From the NCBI RefSeq assembly GCF_000400465.1, contig NW_008806292.1:120001-182000 (forward strand): a stretch of DNA of 62,000 nucleotides, read 5' to 3'. The translations under genes were made by a program, and so were the position numbers. Each line of letters begins with the position of its first letter. The first letter of the stretch is position 1. Below the pieces are notes generated by a model. The model was not told the origin of the DNA, searched no databases, and was given only the letters and a program-made list of their open reading frames with translations. Source of the DNA: Wallemia ichthyophaga EXF-994 (Eukaryota; Fungi; Basidiomycota). Of the stretch, positions 59,200 through 62,000 are shown piece after piece.

Positions 59200-61396
59200 A
59201 TGGCAGACGACAATGAAGAAGATTTTGGGCCAATGCCAATGCCCGATATGTCAAATAAGAAGAGGAAGGTGCTCACGCACGAGTCAACGTATCTCAACAA
59301 TCTCCCGCTCAGCGACAGATATACAAAGTCCTTTATGCACAGAGACAACGTCCTCACGGCAGCGACCACAAAGACAAACTATATCGTGACTACATCTGTC
59401 GAAGGTACCATTAAGTTCTGGCACAAGGAGCCCAAAGGAATCGAGTTCAGAAAGCAATTCAGAGCTCATTTGCAGCCGATTGTAGCTACAGCTGTCTCCA
59501 ACGATGGCAGCCTGGTGGCTACGCTATCAGAAGACAACTCTGTCAAGGTTTTCGATGTCGTCAGTTTCGATATGATCAACATGTTCAGTCTGGACTTCCC
59601 CCCTTCAACATGCGCATGGATACATAGTCCTAGCCAAGGCGGATCTGTCCTAGCTATTTCCGACAAGAACTCATCGGCCATGCATCTCTTTGATGGCAGA
59701 GGAGACGGTAAACCCTTCCATACTCTCACCAGCATCCACAACAAGCCGGTCAACATCATCAAGTACTCAGACAGATACGATACTGTTATTTCAGCTGACA
59801 TCGGTGGTATGATTGAGTACTGGTCACCTCATGAGCCGTATGAAACACCAAAAGATGTTCCACGCCTTTGGGAGTTTAAATCGTCTACCGATCTGTACGA
59901 ATTTAGGAAGGCTAAAGCACCCCCAACCTCTATTGCACTTTCACCGGACTCAAGTCACTTTGTTGCGTTCTCAATCAAAGACAGAAAGATCAGACTTTTC
60001 AATTTCCTCTCTGGTAAGCTTACGCGAAAGTATGATGAATCGCTGGAGGCTGCTAGTGAAATGCAGCAAGCAGGCACAGCTATATACAAATTAGATGATA
60101 TGGAATTCGGCAGAAGACTAGCATTGGAGTCTGAGATACAAGAGAACGAGCACGCAGTGTCAAACATGAACGTCATATTTGACGAGAGCGGTAACTTTAT
60201 CATCTACCCAACGCTCTTAGGTATTAAAGGTGCGTCAAGATATTTTGTTAGCTGGGTCACTGACATTGATGTCTAGTTGTGAACATTGTCACAAACAAGG
60301 TTGCCAGAGTCCTTGGAAAAGACGACTCAATAAGATTCCTAAATGTCTCGCTTTATCAAGGTGCACCGACGAAAAAAGGATTCATGACTGCCCAAATGGC
60401 TGCTTCTGACAATCCAATCTTGCAAGAGTCTCAGGCTCGTGATCCTATACTCTTCTGTTCAGCGTACAAGCGTCCCCGTTTTCATCTCTTTTCGAACTCC
60501 GAGCCTGAAGGGTGAGTTGTTAATTCTAATTGAACATGAGCTGATTTGTCTTCAGATCTGGAGATCGCGATGTTTTCAATGAAAAACCAACTCAAGAGGA
60601 ACAAGCTATGACAGTCGCACCTGTCCAAAAGCAGATTAGACAAAGACCAGCGGCAGGAAAGGCGATTTTGCATACAACATTGGGCGACATTACTTTGCGA
60701 TTGTGAGTGCGTTTACAGTGTTACTGTTGTGTTGATAATGAAATCCAGATTCGCTGATAAGGCACCTAAGGCTGTCGAAAATTTTACCGGACATGCCAGC
60801 AGCGGCTACTACGAGGGCGTGATATTCCACAGAAGTACGTAAAACGAGCTCACTTATGGCAAGCTAACGCATCGTCCAAGTCATCCGTAGATTTGTAAGA
60901 GATTCCTGCGATTAAAGCTGTCCTTACTAACGCAATCAAGATGCTTCAAACAGGTGACCCACTTGGTGACGGTACTGGTGGAGACAGTATCTTTGGCCAC
61001 GACTTCGAAGATGAGTTTCATCCAGACCTGTCTCATGATAAGCCATACACGTTAAGGTAGGTGGATCTTGATTGGACCTGACTGAAGGTCTAACGAATGT
61101 AGCATGGCAAATGCAGGACCAGGAACTAATGCGTCGCAATTTTTTATAACCACAGTGCCAACACCGTGGCTGGATAACAAGCACACGTGAGTACAATATC
61201 AAGTAGAGTATTTCGCTGAATGTCCTTCAGGGTATTTGGTAGAGCGATTTCAGGGATGGATGTGATACACAAGATCGAAGAACTGAGAGTAGATAGGAAG
61301 GACAGGGTAGGTGATAATCCACTCGCAACACCGGCACTAACGAAGAGTAAATAGCCCGAGGATCCACCACAGATATCAAGTATATCAGTAGAATAA
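59200..61396 (+). CDS. PPWD1: WD40-repeat cyclophilin (PPWD1/Cyp15-like), multi-exon
   Basis: DFGPMP; YTKSFMHRD; GMIEYWSP; [10 protein letters not shown]; APKAVENF; FHR|IIRRF|[17 protein letters not shown]; [17 protein letters not shown]; WLDNKHTVFGR. Confidence 0.94.
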
Positions 61397-61472
61397 TTTA
61401 TAATTTGTAAAATTCATTTGAATAATTGCCATTTGTACCACCGATAAACTTGCACACTGACACCCACGAGCG

Positions 61473-62000
61473 ATGGAAGATAAACCAGCGAAAGCGCATC
61501 AGCAAGCGCATGCGGGTAGAAAAGCAGAAAAGAAGGCGAAGAAGGTGGAAGGAAGTAATGGGAAAGAGAAGCCAATCAATCACAAGGTGCGTACTTGCAA
61601 AGACGCAGATATGGGTTGCTGACGAGCACCTGCGCAGGCTTTTATTAGTTCAAATATAAACACACAGAACAGGAATATTATGAGGAACGCTGAGAAAAAT
61701 CAGAAGAGACTGCATGTACCTCTGGTCGATAGAACACCAGGCGTTGATCAGGCGCCACCAGTGCTCGTAGCGGTAGCAGGCCCACCAGGTGTACGTTGCA
61801 AACATATGCAGTCGCCACTTCTAATACCTCAATCCAGGTTGGGAAAACTACACTGATGAAATCACTCATTAGACGCTACTCGAAGCACACGATCAACGAT
61901 ATCAAAGGACCTGTCACAGTCGTTGCAGGAAAAGCTCGTCGTATCACTTTTGTTGAATGTCCTAACGATATCAGTTCTATGATCGATATTGGCAAAGTTG
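61473..62000 (+). CDS. BMS1: Ribosome biogenesis GTPase Bms1, 5' part only
   Basis: HVPLVDRTP..PPVLVAVAGPPG|VGKTTLMKSLIRRYS; GPVTVVAGKARRITFVECPNDISSMIDIGKV. Confidence 0.93.

Noticed and set aside
1-62000. Transposons, CRISPR arrays, rRNA, telomeric repeats
   Set aside because: No transposase or RT motifs, terminal repeats, spaced direct-repeat arrays or long rRNA-like tracts seen; nearly all bases are assigned to host genes.

Overview
Eukaryotic, intron-rich and extremely compact fungal DNA: about 32 protein-coding genes in 62 kb, with introns mostly 45-60 nt (GT..CTRAY..YAG). The proteins look basidiomycete. Gene density and intron style fit a Wallemia-like genome, which is inference only. 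Most genes are conserved housekeeping genes, in order: POL12, endosulfine, PPC89/Cep57-like, KGD1, NDUFAF6, ETF-beta, alpha-actinin, cofilin, NMD5, HSP10, URB1, cactin, MCM4, GDH2, ERG4, DDB1, GMPP-alpha, Vip1-like, COX18, NOP13, IMP1, COX20, Cdc25-like rhodanese, PRMT3, SCC2, PPWD1, BMS1. I saw no transposon, rRNA, tRNA or CRISPR array. Signals the ORF track does not explain: (1) six head-to-head gene pairs at 43.7-59.2 kb whose inferred ATGs are only 27-38 bp apart, all carrying a TTGA/TCAA core (TCTTGA in four) that could be a bidirectional initiator; (2) a box C/D RNA in a 3'UTR intron of COX18 with an 11-nt guide to fungal U2 snRNA at the vertebrate Gm25 position; (3) a spliced TEN1-like gene; (4) an in-frame TAG in an otherwise intact PhyH-family dioxygenase; (5) a frame-breaking 70-bp-period duplication in PPC89; (6) an orphan disordered protein with PIP-degron-like and RxLF motifs. 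All exon boundaries and start codons were read by eye and need transcript confirmation.
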